64,000 nt of DNA, from positions 12,531 through 76,530 of the forward strand of contig JBOHZR010000141.1 of assembly GCA_050738595.1 (NCBI GenBank). Reading direction: 5' to 3'. The notes beneath the pieces are model-generated. The model saw only the letters and a list, made by a program, of their open reading frames with translations, had not been told where the DNA came from and ran no database searches. Of this stretch, positions 1-9,677 are shown piece after piece. Origin of the DNA: Steroidobacteraceae bacterium. Its GTDB lineage: Bacteria > Pseudomonadota > Gammaproteobacteria > Steroidobacterales > Steroidobacteraceae. A program made the translations under genes and the position numbers. Every line of letters begins with the position of its first letter. Within the stretch, counting starts at the first letter, position 1.

Positions 1-62
1 GCATCACAATCGCCGGCGCGGGGTAAGTATGCTTCACGGTTTGTGACTCGGATTGCGCTGGC

Positions 63-329
63 ATGTCAGATAGAAGCAGCTATTCCCCCCAGCGGAGGGT
101 CGGCGCACTTGTGCAGCGATTGCTCGCGCAGCGCATGATAGACCGGACCGTCGGGCTACAGGACAACCTACGCCAAGCAGGTCTCACTTCCCTCGACATG
201 ATCAATCTCGTCCTCTCCGTTGAGGGAGAATTCGGCATCACGGTGCCCGAGGCGAGCATTAACCCCGCCAACTTCCGCTCGATCGAGGCAATTAGCAGCC
301 TCATCGCTTCCCTGCTCAGGCCGCCGTAA
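63..329 (+). CDS. stand-alone acyl/peptidyl carrier protein (phosphopantetheine-binding)
   Basis: 88-aa ORF. Carrier-protein helix-II context QAGLTSLDMINLVLSVEGEFGI, with the candidate 4'-PP serine in TSLD. ACP-like size. Confidence 0.6.
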   Translation: MSDRSSYSPQRRVGALVQRLLAQRMIDRTVGLQDNLRQAGLTSLDMINLVLSVEGEFGITVPEASINPANFRSIEAISSLIASLLRPP

Positions 330-375
330 GGCCGGCCGGCAAAGGCTTCTCGTAGTCTCCGACACCTCAGATCCC

Positions 376-1317
376 ATGCCGCTCGATCGCCACGTCAAAC
401 GCATACTGGACATGCTTGCGGCTGGCGCGCCGTCCGAACCCGCCCCGCCGGATGTGCTCCAGCTGCGCCAGGACATGGAGCGCCTGGCACGCGCAGTCGA
501 TGCTCGCGACATTCCGATCGGTGCCGTTGAGAATCGATGCCTCCCCGGTCCCGCGGGCGCGCTTCCTTTCAGGTTGTACGTGCCGGCTGGGATCGCGAAT
601 CCCCACTCACCCGCTCTGATCTTCTTTCATGGCGGCGCCGGGGTATCCGGCAGCCTCGATACGCATGACGGCATGTGTCGGATCCTCGCAAACTCGAGCG
701 CTTGTCGCATATTCTCGATTGATTATCGCCTTGCCCCGGAATACCCGTTTCCGGCAGCAGTCGAGGACAGTTATGTTGCACTGCGGTGGATCGTGAATCA
801 CGCGGCGGAACTCAACCTCGATCCGGCTCGCATCGGTGTGGGCGGGGACTCTCACGGCGGAACGCTTGCGGCCGTCGTCTGCCAGCGGGCGCGGGACTCC
901 GCTGGCGCGCGCATTTCCTTTCAGCTTTTGATCTGCCCCGTACTCGACTTAGCCGGCACAAGCCCGTCTCGGGAGCAATTCGCGACCGGCTACTTTCTCG
1001 ATGCGCGACTACTCACGTGGGCCAGCGAAGTCTATTGCCCTTCGCGCACGGATCTGGTCGATGAGCGCGTATCCCCGCTGCGCGCCTCGGATCTTGCGGG
1101 ACTGCCTCCGGCATATGTTCACACGGCGGAGTTCGACCCGATGCGGGATGAGGGACGAGCCTACGCCGATGCGCTCGAGTGCGCGGGCGTACGCGTCAGC
1201 TACACCTGCCATCCTGGCATGATCCACCATTTCTACGCCATGTGCGGCGCGATACCCTCTGCGCGCAGAGCGCTCGAGGAAGCCGGTGCCGCGCTGCGGA
1301 ATGTCCTTGGTGACTGA
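376..1317 (+). CDS. alpha/beta hydrolase, hormone-sensitive-lipase-type esterase/lipase
   Basis: ORF 220-1317 trimmed to the first ATG after the ACP stop (MPLDRHV, aa 53 of the ORF). HGG oxyanion motif (IFFHGGAG), nucleophile elbow GGDSHGG, and DPMRDEG and GMIHHF acid/His regions. Confidence 0.8.
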   Translation: MPLDRHVKRILDMLAAGAPSEPAPPDVLQLRQDMERLARAVDARDIPIGAVENRCLPGPAGALPFRLYVPAGIANPHSPALIFFHGGAGVSGSLDTHDGMCRILANSSACRIFSIDYRLAPEYPFPAAVEDSYVALRWIVNHAAELNLDPARIGVGGDSHGGTLAAVVCQRARDSAGARISFQLLICPVLDLAGTSPSREQFATGYFLDARLLTWASEVYCPSRTDLVDERVSPLRASDLAGLPPAYVHTAEFDPMRDEGRAYADALECAGVRVSYTCHPGMIHHFYAMCGAIPSARRALEEAGAALRNVLGD

Positions 1318-1336
1318 AGGGGCCGCGGCGCCGCGC

Positions 1337-1720
1337 TCATCGCGGTGCGAAAAACTCGATGTAGGAAGTGATCCGCCCCTCCCGCATCTCGATCAGGTCC
1401 ACCAATTCCGTGGGAACCGAGGTGCCAGTGATCCGCGAATGAACGTTCGCACGCCAATGGACCGCTGCCTTCGAACCGTCGATCAGGATCGAGAAGATGA
1501 TCTGATCGCGCAGCTTGAACGTCCTCACCATGATGGCGAGGAGCGACCGATACTTCTCCTCTCCCCGTGTTTTCATCGAAAGAGGGCTCGTTTGGCTCGC
1601 TCCAGCGATCTCGAACAACGCATCTGGGGTGAAGCAGGCACACACGGCCTCGAGGTCGCCGCGAACGCGCGACGCGTACAACTCACGAAGCAGACGTTCG
1701 ACCTCTATCCGCTCCGGCAT
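1337..1720 (-). CDS. SnoaL/NTF2-like small protein
   Basis: 127-aa ORF. LRELYASRVRGDLEAVCACFTPDALFE at the N-terminus and EMREGRITSYIEFF at the C-terminus resemble SnoaL-like domain proteins. By-eye call only. Confidence 0.5.
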   Translation of the reverse strand: MPERIEVERLLRELYASRVRGDLEAVCACFTPDALFEIAGASQTSPLSMKTRGEEKYRSLLAIMVRTFKLRDQIIFSILIDGSKAAVHWRANVHSRITGTSVPTELVDLIEMREGRITSYIEFFAPR

Positions 1721-1801
1721 CCGAGGAGGCTCCCGCCAAGCAGGGGCCCATTACAGCAGTTCGAGCGGTGATATGCGAGGGCAGCAGGGGTCATTTGTGA
1801 A

Positions 1802-3586
1802 ATGAACGACCGAATGGGCTCCTCACTCCAGGCGTGGACCCGCGCGCTCGAGCGTACGGCATCAATTGGGCGGCGCACGGGCTTCTCCCTGCCCACACTG
1901 ATCGACGAGGTCGCCGCGCGCTACGGGACTGCCCCAGCCCTCCTCGGCGAGGACTTTCAGCTGTCGTATGCCGAGCTGGAAGAGCGGTCCCGCCGCTACA
2001 CCCGCTGGGTAGTCGATCAGGACCTTCGCGCTGGTGACGTTATCGGTGTGCTCATGCCCAACGGGGCGGATTATGTCGCATGTTGGTTGGGACTCTCGCG
2101 CGCCGGCGCGGTCGCTGCGCTGCTCAATACGCACCTCACGGGCGCCTCTCTGGCTCATGCCGTGAACACGGCGGCACCCCGGCATCTCATCGTTGCGACG
2201 GAGCTCGCCGCAGCGGCAATGGCAGTACGCCCTCTGCTTTCACCGACGTTGCGGTATTGGGCGCACGGAGGCGATATTTCCGATGTGCCTCGCATCGAAC
2301 CTGCGATCGCGCAATATTCCGCCGATCCGCTCGGGGCTGCGGAATGTGCGGTTCCCGGTTTGCGAGAACCCGCTCTGCTCATCTACACCTCCGGAACCAC
2401 GGGTCTACCGAAGGCGGCCTGCATCAGCCATCGGCGCCTCCTGCAATGGAGCCTCTGGTTTGCGGGGATGATGAACACCGGCCCGGACGACCGGATGTAC
2501 GACTGCTTGCCGATGTATCACAGCGTGGGTGGCGTGGTAGCGATCGGTGCCTTGCTCGTCAGTGGCGGCTCGGTCCTCATCCGCAGGCGGTTCTCACTGG
2601 GGCGGTTTTGGGACGAGGTCGTCGATTCGCGCTGCACTTTGTTCCAGTACATCGGCGAATTGTGCCGCTATCTCGCGGTAAGCCCTCCACACCCGCGCGA
2701 GCGCGAGCATCATCTGCGGCTCTGTTGCGGCAACGGTCTGCGCCGGGAAGTTTGGGAACGCTTCCAGGATCGCTTCGCCATTCCGCGAATCCTCGAATTC
2801 TACGCGGCGACCGAGGCGAATTTCTCCCTGTACAACTGCGAGGGCAAGCCCGGCGCCATTGGACGCGTTCCCCCGTTCCTAGCACATCGCCTGCGAATCG
2901 AGCTCGTCAGGATCGACCTGGCAACTGGCGAACCGCCGCGAGGCGAGGACGGCCTGTGCGTTCGCGCCGAGGCGGATGAGCCCGGGGAGTCCGTAAGCGA
3001 GATTCAGGACGAGCGCTTGAATCCGGGCAGCCGCTTCGAGGGGTACACCGACGCGGCGGCGACGGAGAGAAAGATTCTGCGCAACGTCCTGTCCGCCGGG
3101 GACGCGTGGTATCGCAGCGGAGACCTGATGCGGCGCGATCGAAACGGGTTCTTCTATTTCGTCGATCGTCTCGGTGCGACGTACCGCTGGAAGGGTGAGA
3201 ATGTGGCGACAGCCGAAATCATCGCGGCGCTTTGGAGCTGTCCAGGCGTCCTGGACGGCGTTGCCTATGGTGTGGAGGTGCCGGGCGTCGAAGGCCGCGC
3301 CGGCATGGTCGCCATCGTCCCCCTCGAGGACTTCGACTTGGCACGGCTTCACCGGCATTTCTCCGAGCGCCTTCCCGATTATGCCCGTCCCGTTTTCGTG
3401 CGGCTCCTCTCGAGGGTCGAGATCACGGAGACGTTCAAGCCAAAAGTGCACGCGTACGCCGCGGCGGGTTTCGATCCTCGAACGATTTCCGACCCGCTGT
3501 ATGTATATGACCGCGAACCTAACGTCTTTGTGAAGCTCGACGGGGTGGTATTCGAGCGCATCCGGAGCGGCGCTATGCGGTGGTAA
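1802..3586 (+). CDS. FATP / very-long-chain acyl-CoA synthetase family adenylate-forming enzyme
   Basis: 594 aa. AMP-binding motif LIYTSGTTGLPKAA and FATP-type signature YFVDRLGATYRWKGENVATAEI. Confidence 0.8.
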   Translation: MNDRMGSSLQAWTRALERTASIGRRTGFSLPTLIDEVAARYGTAPALLGEDFQLSYAELEERSRRYTRWVVDQDLRAGDVIGVLMPNGADYVACWLGLSRAGAVAALLNTHLTGASLAHAVNTAAPRHLIVATELAAAAMAVRPLLSPTLRYWAHGGDISDVPRIEPAIAQYSADPLGAAECAVPGLREPALLIYTSGTTGLPKAACISHRRLLQWSLWFAGMMNTGPDDRMYDCLPMYHSVGGVVAIGALLVSGGSVLIRRRFSLGRFWDEVVDSRCTLFQYIGELCRYLAVSPPHPREREHHLRLCCGNGLRREVWERFQDRFAIPRILEFYAATEANFSLYNCEGKPGAIGRVPPFLAHRLRIELVRIDLATGEPPRGEDGLCVRAEADEPGESVSEIQDERLNPGSRFEGYTDAAATERKILRNVLSAGDAWYRSGDLMRRDRNGFFYFVDRLGATYRWKGENVATAEIIAALWSCPGVLDGVAYGVEVPGVEGRAGMVAIVPLEDFDLARLHRHFSERLPDYARPVFVRLLSRVEITETFKPKVHAYAAAGFDPRTISDPLYVYDREPNVFVKLDGVVFERIRSGAMRW

Positions 3587-3634
3587 GCCAGCAGGTGGTA
3601 GAGTATCCGCGCATTCACCAACGGCGCAATTGAA

Positions 3635-4747
3635 ATGAAAGCCGGTGCGAAAACCACCTGGACTGCCGCAGGACTCGTGCTCATGGCGAATCTCGCTGCG
3701 TGCACGCCCCACCACCGTCCCGCTTGGGATGCGAGGGCAGCGGCATCGTACCTCGATGAGCGGGAGCAGTGGTGGGCACGATGGCCGAGAGCGGCTCGCG
3801 ATGAGCACACGTTTTGCGTCTCCTGCCACACCGCATTGCCTTATGCCCTCGCACGTCCTGCTCTTCGAGACAAGCTCCACGAGTCCTCGCCGAGTGCTCC
3901 CGAACTGAAGTTACTCGAGGATGTCTCGTGGCGAGTACGTCATTGGACGACGATTCAACCTTACTATCCCCGTCAGCCAATCGCATCGCGAGGGACTGAG
4001 GCCGTCCTCAACGCGCTGATCCTGTCGAGCCACGATGCGCGGGAAGGGCATCTGACCAGCGGTACCCGACGGGCCTTGCAGATTCTCTGGACACTGCAGG
4101 ACACCTCGGGAGCCAATGCCGGCTCGTGGCCCTGGATTCAATTCAACAATGAGCCCTGGGAGGCATACGACTCGCGGGACTACGGCGCGATCCTTGCCGG
4201 CCTGGCGATCGGAATGGCACCCGACGATTATCGGTCCGATCCCGCGATTCAGCCGGCACTCGATCGGCTGCGCTCGTATCTCGATCGGGCCTATCCCGAG
4301 CAAGCGCCCGTTCGTCGCGTGGCGATGCTCTGGCTCTCCACCCGCCTGCCTGGGGTTCTGTCTCCGGACCGGAGGCGAACCATCATCGATGAGATCTGGA
4401 GCCTGCAGCGACCCGATGGTGGCTGGTGTCTGGCGGCGCTCGGCGGTCCCTGGAAGCGCCGAGACGGAACGACTCAGGCCATGCAGAGCGACGGATATGC
4501 GACCGGTCTCGCCGTTCTCGCGCTGCAGCAGTCAGGAATTTCAGCCGACGATCCGCGCCTGCACCACGGCCTCGCCTGGCTCGCCGGGAATCAGGACCAG
4601 GATGGATACTGGAGCGGCTTCTCGCTGAACAAGCGGCGCATCCGGTTGGACGATGCCGCTCGATTTATGGATGACGCGGCAACCGCTTATGCGGTTCTGG
4701 CGCTCACCCAGAAGCGCCCTGCTCCGACTGTCGCGGGGCAACGCTAG
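3635..4747 (+). CDS. lipoprotein with squalene-cyclase/prenyltransferase-like (QW-type) repeats and a CxxCH motif
   Basis: 370 aa. Lipobox MANLAAC, FCVSCHT (CxxCH), and repeats LQRPDGGW and NQDQDGYW. Confidence 0.5.
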   Translation: MKAGAKTTWTAAGLVLMANLAACTPHHRPAWDARAAASYLDEREQWWARWPRAARDEHTFCVSCHTALPYALARPALRDKLHESSPSAPELKLLEDVSWRVRHWTTIQPYYPRQPIASRGTEAVLNALILSSHDAREGHLTSGTRRALQILWTLQDTSGANAGSWPWIQFNNEPWEAYDSRDYGAILAGLAIGMAPDDYRSDPAIQPALDRLRSYLDRAYPEQAPVRRVAMLWLSTRLPGVLSPDRRRTIIDEIWSLQRPDGGWCLAALGGPWKRRDGTTQAMQSDGYATGLAVLALQQSGISADDPRLHHGLAWLAGNQDQDGYWSGFSLNKRRIRLDDAARFMDDAATAYAVLALTQKRPAPTVAGQR

Positions 4748-5511
4748 GCGGTACTCCCCGCATCGACCGTGAGCATCGTACCGGTGATGTTCCGCGATTG
4801 CGCTCCGAGCAGGAACTCGACGGTCTGCGCGATGTCATCCGCGCTCGCGAGCCGGTGCAAGGCGCTCCTGCGAATGATCTTCCCGCGCTCCTCGGCTGCC
4901 ATGCCCTCCGTCATTTCTGTATCCACGAACCCCGGCGCAATGGCATTCACGTTTATTCCGAGCGGGCCAACCTCCCGAGCCAGCGAGCGGGTAAACCCCA
5001 CAAGCGACGACTTCGTCGCGCTATAGACCGACAGCCCGCGATACCCGGTAAAGCTGACGATTGATGAGACGTTTACGATACGGCCGCCTCGGTCGAGCAT
5101 GCGACCCGCCGCATCCGACATCATCGAGCGGATGACATATTTCGTGAGCAGCAGCACCGCTAGCGTATTGAGGCGCACCAGCGACTCGATCTGTCCGTCG
5201 GTCATCATGGCGAGCAATCCGCCCGTGCCGATTCCGGCATTGTTGACGAGACCGTAGAGAGGACCGAACTCGGCTCGAATCTCTTTGACGAGACGCCGTA
5301 TACCGGTCGTTTCGGAAAGATCGAAGGACTTGAAGTGCAAAGCGCCGCCGGCGCCGTCCTCATCAGGTTGCCGCGCAGCCTCGGCGGCTGCGGCAAGCTC
5401 ATCAGTCTGCCGGCGCGCGATTGCGATGACCCGATAGCCAACGGAGGCGAGACGGCGCGAGATCGCGAGCCCGAGCCCCCGGCTTGCGCCTGTTACCACG
5501 ACGTTACGCAT
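4744..5511 (-). CDS. short-chain dehydrogenase/reductase, 3-oxoacyl-ACP reductase-like
   Basis: 255 aa. VVVTGASRGLGLAI (TGxxxGxG), NNAG and catalytic YSATK. Overlaps the upstream ligase gene by 8 nt. Confidence 0.85.
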   Translation of the reverse strand: MRNVVVTGASRGLGLAISRRLASVGYRVIAIARRQTDELAAAAEAARQPDEDGAGGALHFKSFDLSETTGIRRLVKEIRAEFGPLYGLVNNAGIGTGGLLAMMTDGQIESLVRLNTLAVLLLTKYVIRSMMSDAAGRMLDRGGRIVNVSSIVSFTGYRGLSVYSATKSSLVGFTRSLAREVGPLGINVNAIAPGFVDTEMTEGMAAEERGKIIRRSALHRLASADDIAQTVEFLLGAQSRNITGTMLTVDAGSTA

Positions 5512-6907
5512 TGGGGCGTGCCACCTTGCCGGCTGCCGTCAGCGGTAGGGATGGCACAAAGCGAATGGCGGCCGGCACCTTATACGCGGCGAGGTACCTG
5601 CGGCACTCCTTCAGAATGTCGTCTTTGACCGCTCGCTCCGCCGGCCGGTCTCCGTTCCAGGCTCCTGACAGAACCACGTCCGCCACGACCAGCGCTCCCG
5701 TGATAGGGTTCCGGCGAGCCCTGACGAGAGACATCCGCACCCTCGGATGCCGGTTGATCACCGCCTCGACCTCCTCCGGATGGACCTTGAGGCCGCCGAC
5801 GTTGATGATGCCTCCGCGGCGTCCCGCGAAGTGGTAGCGATTCCCCCGGCGCTCGAGCAAGTCGCCGGTATCGACGAAGCCCGATGAATCGAGCAGCGGC
5901 TCTGGCTGATCGCCCAGATAGTCCCGCGCCGTTCTCGGCGAGCGGATGCGCAACGTTCCCTCGACGACGGCCATTTCCACGTCGCCCCCCCGGGATTCCT
6001 GGCAAAAGCCGGCCGGGAGACCTTCGAGGCCGTCGTTCACCTCGAACGCGAGGCCCGCTTCGGTGGTCGCGAAAGCATGCGCGACGCGAGCCTGTGGATA
6101 GGCGGCCCGCAGCGCATCGAGAATCGCCTGATCGGCAATTTCGCCCGAGAGACGGACGTATTGCGGCCTTATGCGCTGCGCCCCCGGCCCCATTAGCACG
6201 CGCCGCCAGTGGGACGGCGTTCCGGTGACGTGTGTCGCACGATGCCCTCCGGCACGCGAGAGGAAATCGTCGACCGACTCGTCCGGACTGGTGAGAACGA
6301 GCGAGCCGCCTCCCAGCACTGCACGCAGGAAGATCTGCAGGCCGCCGAAGCGACGGATGTCGTAATACGTCGACCAGACCGCCGGCCGAGATAGTTCTGC
6401 GCCCGGTCGAATCCCACCTGCGAGGGTTTCGAGATCATGGAGAACCATCTTCGGCACGCCGGTCGTGCCAGAGGTAAAGAGGATCCAATCGGTCTTCACA
6501 GTATCCGGGCGCGCTCCTCGCATCGACAGGGCGCAGGGGCGGCAAGGCACGCATGATCGTGGAGCAAGAAGATCGCCATGAATATCCGTCCGATCCGAAA
6601 CGATCGAATCGACGGCTGCGACGGAGAGGACGTGCGGCAGGTGCTCGGGCGACAGATCGGGCGGACAGAGGACCAGCCGGCGAGCGATGCCATCGAGCTC
6701 AATCAGCGCCGCGGCCGAGGCGAGTGGATCCCGCATGAGCAAGAGGAGGGATCGACCGTGCAATCCCTCGAGCGGGGACCCCAGAGAGGTGCCCTCGATG
6801 AGATGCGTCAGCTGAAGCGAGCCATGCGCGCCCCAGAGCGAGCGTCCGGCGAGGGGAGATGCGGAGTGCAGCGCGGCCCAGAGTGTCTGCCGCTCATTTA
6901 GCGACAT
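5504..6907 (-). CDS. AMP-dependent synthetase/ligase (ANL family, acyl-ACP/CoA ligase-like)
   Basis: 467 aa. ILFTSGTTGVPKMV and TGDLLERRGNRYHFAGRRGGIINVGGLKV. Overlaps the upstream ACP gene by 14 nt. Confidence 0.8.
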   Translation of the reverse strand: MSLNERQTLWAALHSASPLAGRSLWGAHGSLQLTHLIEGTSLGSPLEGLHGRSLLLLMRDPLASAAALIELDGIARRLVLCPPDLSPEHLPHVLSVAAVDSIVSDRTDIHGDLLAPRSCVPCRPCALSMRGARPDTVKTDWILFTSGTTGVPKMVLHDLETLAGGIRPGAELSRPAVWSTYYDIRRFGGLQIFLRAVLGGGSLVLTSPDESVDDFLSRAGGHRATHVTGTPSHWRRVLMGPGAQRIRPQYVRLSGEIADQAILDALRAAYPQARVAHAFATTEAGLAFEVNDGLEGLPAGFCQESRGGDVEMAVVEGTLRIRSPRTARDYLGDQPEPLLDSSGFVDTGDLLERRGNRYHFAGRRGGIINVGGLKVHPEEVEAVINRHPRVRMSLVRARRNPITGALVVADVVLSGAWNGDRPAERAVKDDILKECRRYLAAYKVPAAIRFVPSLPLTAAGKVARPNA

Positions 6908-7139
6908 TATCGTATATCGTGACGAAGTCGCCGAACGTCACCGGGAAGCGGTTGTTCTCGATGTCGGCGAATGGGTCGAAGCCCAGAAGGTCCTCCAGCC
7001 GGGCGACAATGATCGCGAACCACAAGGAGTCGAGGCCGGATTCCGTGAGCGGGAGATCATCAGTCAGCGGCGCCAACTTAAGGTTGGACTCTTTGGCGAC
7101 TTCCTGGAACTGTACGACGATCGTGTCGCGGACGGACAT
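6894..7139 (-). CDS. stand-alone acyl carrier protein
   Basis: ORF 6894-7193 trimmed to the ATG at aa 19 (MSVRDTIV), which is preceded by GAAGGG. LTESGLDSLWFAIIVARLEDLLG carries the DSL serine. Confidence 0.7.
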   Translation of the reverse strand: MSVRDTIVVQFQEVAKESNLKLAPLTDDLPLTESGLDSLWFAIIVARLEDLLGFDPFADIENNRFPVTFGDFVTIYDNVAK

Positions 7140-7266
7140 TCGGTTACCCTTCCCGGCAGAGCTTGTATGATAATTGTCGCTTAGCAGACACAATAGTCTG
7201 CCATAACGACAATCGCCTATCCTATGCCGTCCGGAACCCTGTGACCCCCATCACGAAGATCAGCCA

Positions 7267-7989
7267 TTGTGCGGAGTTCTTCCAGTCCGCAGGACGCGGT
7301 GTATGCTAACGCTCGCGCGGCGAATGCGAGACGCAGCGCAAAACGCCGTCCGCCGCGTTCAGCTCAGACACGGTTTGCTGGCGCTCGATCGAGCGCTTCG
7401 CGCCGGCCGCCAGCCCCGCTTGGCGTTGCTCGAGCAGCTCGTGCATGGCTGGGGAAATGAAGCGTGGTGCGGCAGCGCGCTGTTTCTCGCCGCGATGTTC
7501 CAGTGGTTGCCGCAGACAAATGATTCGATTCTCGAATGTGGTTCTGGGCTCTCATCGCTGCTGCTGGCCAGCGCGGCTGTGCTCGCAGGCAGGCACGTGC
7601 ATTCGCTGGAACACGATGGCGAATGGGCGGCCCTTGTCACCCGGCGGATGCCCGAGCGACTGAAGCCGAGCGTCTCGATCTGCACGGTACCGCTCAAGAG
7701 CTTTGACGGTTTCGACTGGTACGCGGTCGAGCCCGGCTCCCTACCGGCGCCGATCGGCTTCGTCGTGTGTGACGGACCACCGGCCAGTACGCGCGGCGGC
7801 CGCTATGGTCTTGGACCGGTTCTCGGAAGCGACCTCGCTCCCGGCTGCATCATCCTGCTGGACGACACGCAGCGGGTGGGGGAGCGGGAAATCGTAAACC
7901 GTTGGTGCAATGAGCTCGGAGCCGTTGTCGTGCGCGAGGGCGGTACCTACACCGTGCTGCGCGTGGACCAAGCGCAGCACGGTATTTGA
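7267..7989 (+). CDS. class I SAM-dependent methyltransferase-like protein
   Basis: 240-aa ORF starting at TTG 7267; ATG 7303 is also possible. Motif-I-like ILECGSGLSSLLLA and FVVCDGPP. Weak by-eye call. Confidence 0.45.
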   Translation: MCGVLPVRRTRCMLTLARRMRDAAQNAVRRVQLRHGLLALDRALRAGRQPRLALLEQLVHGWGNEAWCGSALFLAAMFQWLPQTNDSILECGSGLSSLLLASAAVLAGRHVHSLEHDGEWAALVTRRMPERLKPSVSICTVPLKSFDGFDWYAVEPGSLPAPIGFVVCDGPPASTRGGRYGLGPVLGSDLAPGCIILLDDTQRVGEREIVNRWCNELGAVVVREGGTYTVLRVDQAQHGI

Positions 7990-8039
7990 CCGCCGTCTCG
8001 GTTTCGCTGGTTTGGTTTGACATAAGCTAGCGCTGCCAC

Positions 8040-8460
8040 TATCGCACATCCGGATCGGGGCGGGAAGCTCGTGAGCGCGTCTCACGAGCACCGCAGCGAG
8101 ATTCACACCGGCGTGCCGCACGCCGGTGAAGAACAGCGCGATCTTGTGCCCCGCACCCGTGACGACGATCCCGGAAGTAAACACCCCCGGTGCGCTCCTC
8201 GGTTACATCCGCGGCGAGCGCCGCCGCGCGCTGCTCGCGCGTCAACTCGAGCACCTTCATCGTGGTGTCGTCGTTGTGAAGCACCGAGCCTTGCGCGCCC
8301 TCACGGATCAGCTCCTCGTGCGCGGGGGAGAGAGGACCGGCGCCGTTTTTGACCAGGTTCCACTGGGTCGTCGCGGGCAGCGGGATGCGCATCGCCGTCT
8401 GCAGCGTCTCGATGCGGTTGAACGGCAGCCACGTGCCGTACTTCAGCAGCCCCACCATGA
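8040..8460 (-). pseudogene. internal, frameshifted fragment of a DDE transposase (IS66-family-like)
   Basis: The transposase-like string runs through two frames. First MVGLLKYGTWLPFNRIETLQ...VLHNDDTTMKVLEL...EERTG (ORF 8039-8566), then VFTSGIVVTGAGHKIALFFTGVRHAGVNLAAVL...PIRMCD (ORF 7741-8184). No N- or C-terminus and no terminal inverted repeats were seen. Confidence 0.5.
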
Positions 8461-8673
8461 TGGGTGTGCGACACGCGGATATGCTCGGCGCCCGAGTAGG
8501 CGGCGGCCCCGTTGCGCCCGTGACCGGCGCGCTTGGGTCTCCCCGCCCCTTCGCTGTGCGCGGCATCGAAAAGACGTAAAACCTAGAAATTCAGGCGAAC
8601 TGCCTACTTCAGTATTCCAGCTTCACTCGCCGGAGAATATTTTTGAGTGAGTCCTTAATATCTGCGCCGTGGG

Positions 8674-9477
8674 TCATGAGGCCGGCTTCTCCGCGACGAA
8701 GATCACGACGTGAGGTCCCGCGAGAGGCACGCTACCGCGAGAATCCCCGACGATGATTCGCGTAACTCTCAGGCCATTGCGCTCGAGAATCGCCCGAGCA
8801 CTCTCGATCGTGTAGGACTTGCTCAGAGGCTGTACGATCCGATGGATGAGCTTCTTCCGGACCCACCTGGCAAGGGCCACGGGTCGCGGAAGGGGAAACA
8901 AGAACTCTCTCAGCTTGAGCCGCAGCTGTTCGCCACGTGTCATGTCCCTGTGTATCAGCGCGAGGTATCGGCCGGACGGAGTCAGCACCCGACAAATCTC
9001 CGCGGTTGCGGCGTCCGGATTCTCGAAATGCTCCATGACGCCGACGCTCACGATGACGTCGAACGAGCCGGACGGAAATGGGAGCTCTTCGGCGCGAGCC
9101 ATCGCGCACTGTGCAGGGGAGCGCTTGCGCGCGCGCGTCAGTGCGCGGTGAGAGGGGTCGATTCCGAAACGTGTTGCCGACCGGAATGCCGCGAGAAGGA
9201 TGCCCTCACCACAGCCGATCTCGAGAAGTGGGCCGGTGGAAAACGAGGCCGCGAGATCACTGAACCAGCTCTGGAAGCGCTCGGATCGCCCCTGGTCGAT
9301 CCAGACGTTTTCATGGTGCGTGTAGATGTCATCGTAGACGTCACGGACCCGCTCCGTGCTGCCCGTGGGAGAGCTCACCAGGAAGCACGGAACTTCTTCC
9401 ACTACGGGATAGGCGATTCTGCAGGTGCTGCAAGCGAACTCGACGAGCGGAGCCTTGCATTGCGGGCAGACATACAT
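8674..9477 (-). CDS. class I SAM-dependent methyltransferase with N-terminal Trm112-like zinc ribbon
   Basis: ORF 8674-9561; the likely start is MYVCPQCKAPL (aa 29). CPQC...CSTC ribbon, motif I LLEIGCGEGILL, and FDVIVSVGVMEHF. Confidence 0.75.
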   Translation of the reverse strand: MYVCPQCKAPLVEFACSTCRIAYPVVEEVPCFLVSSPTGSTERVRDVYDDIYTHHENVWIDQGRSERFQSWFSDLAASFSTGPLLEIGCGEGILLAAFRSATRFGIDPSHRALTRARKRSPAQCAMARAEELPFPSGSFDVIVSVGVMEHFENPDAATAEICRVLTPSGRYLALIHRDMTRGEQLRLKLREFLFPLPRPVALARWVRKKLIHRIVQPLSKSYTIESARAILERNGLRVTRIIVGDSRGSVPLAGPHVVIFVAEKPAS

Positions 9478-9677
9478 GGGGTCGAGATCCGTTTTGTGAG
9501 CCACTCGCTCTTGCCAGCAATCCCCGCGGATTCCAGGCTCAGACCGCACTGTTAAGTCCATAACTGCCGGTCCGGGCGATCAGAGTTCTATGAAGAATCG
9601 TAACACGGATCGCGCCAACTCCGTTCCATACTCGAACCCGCGAGATGGAACACGGTCCCTGAACGACCCGCGCCACT

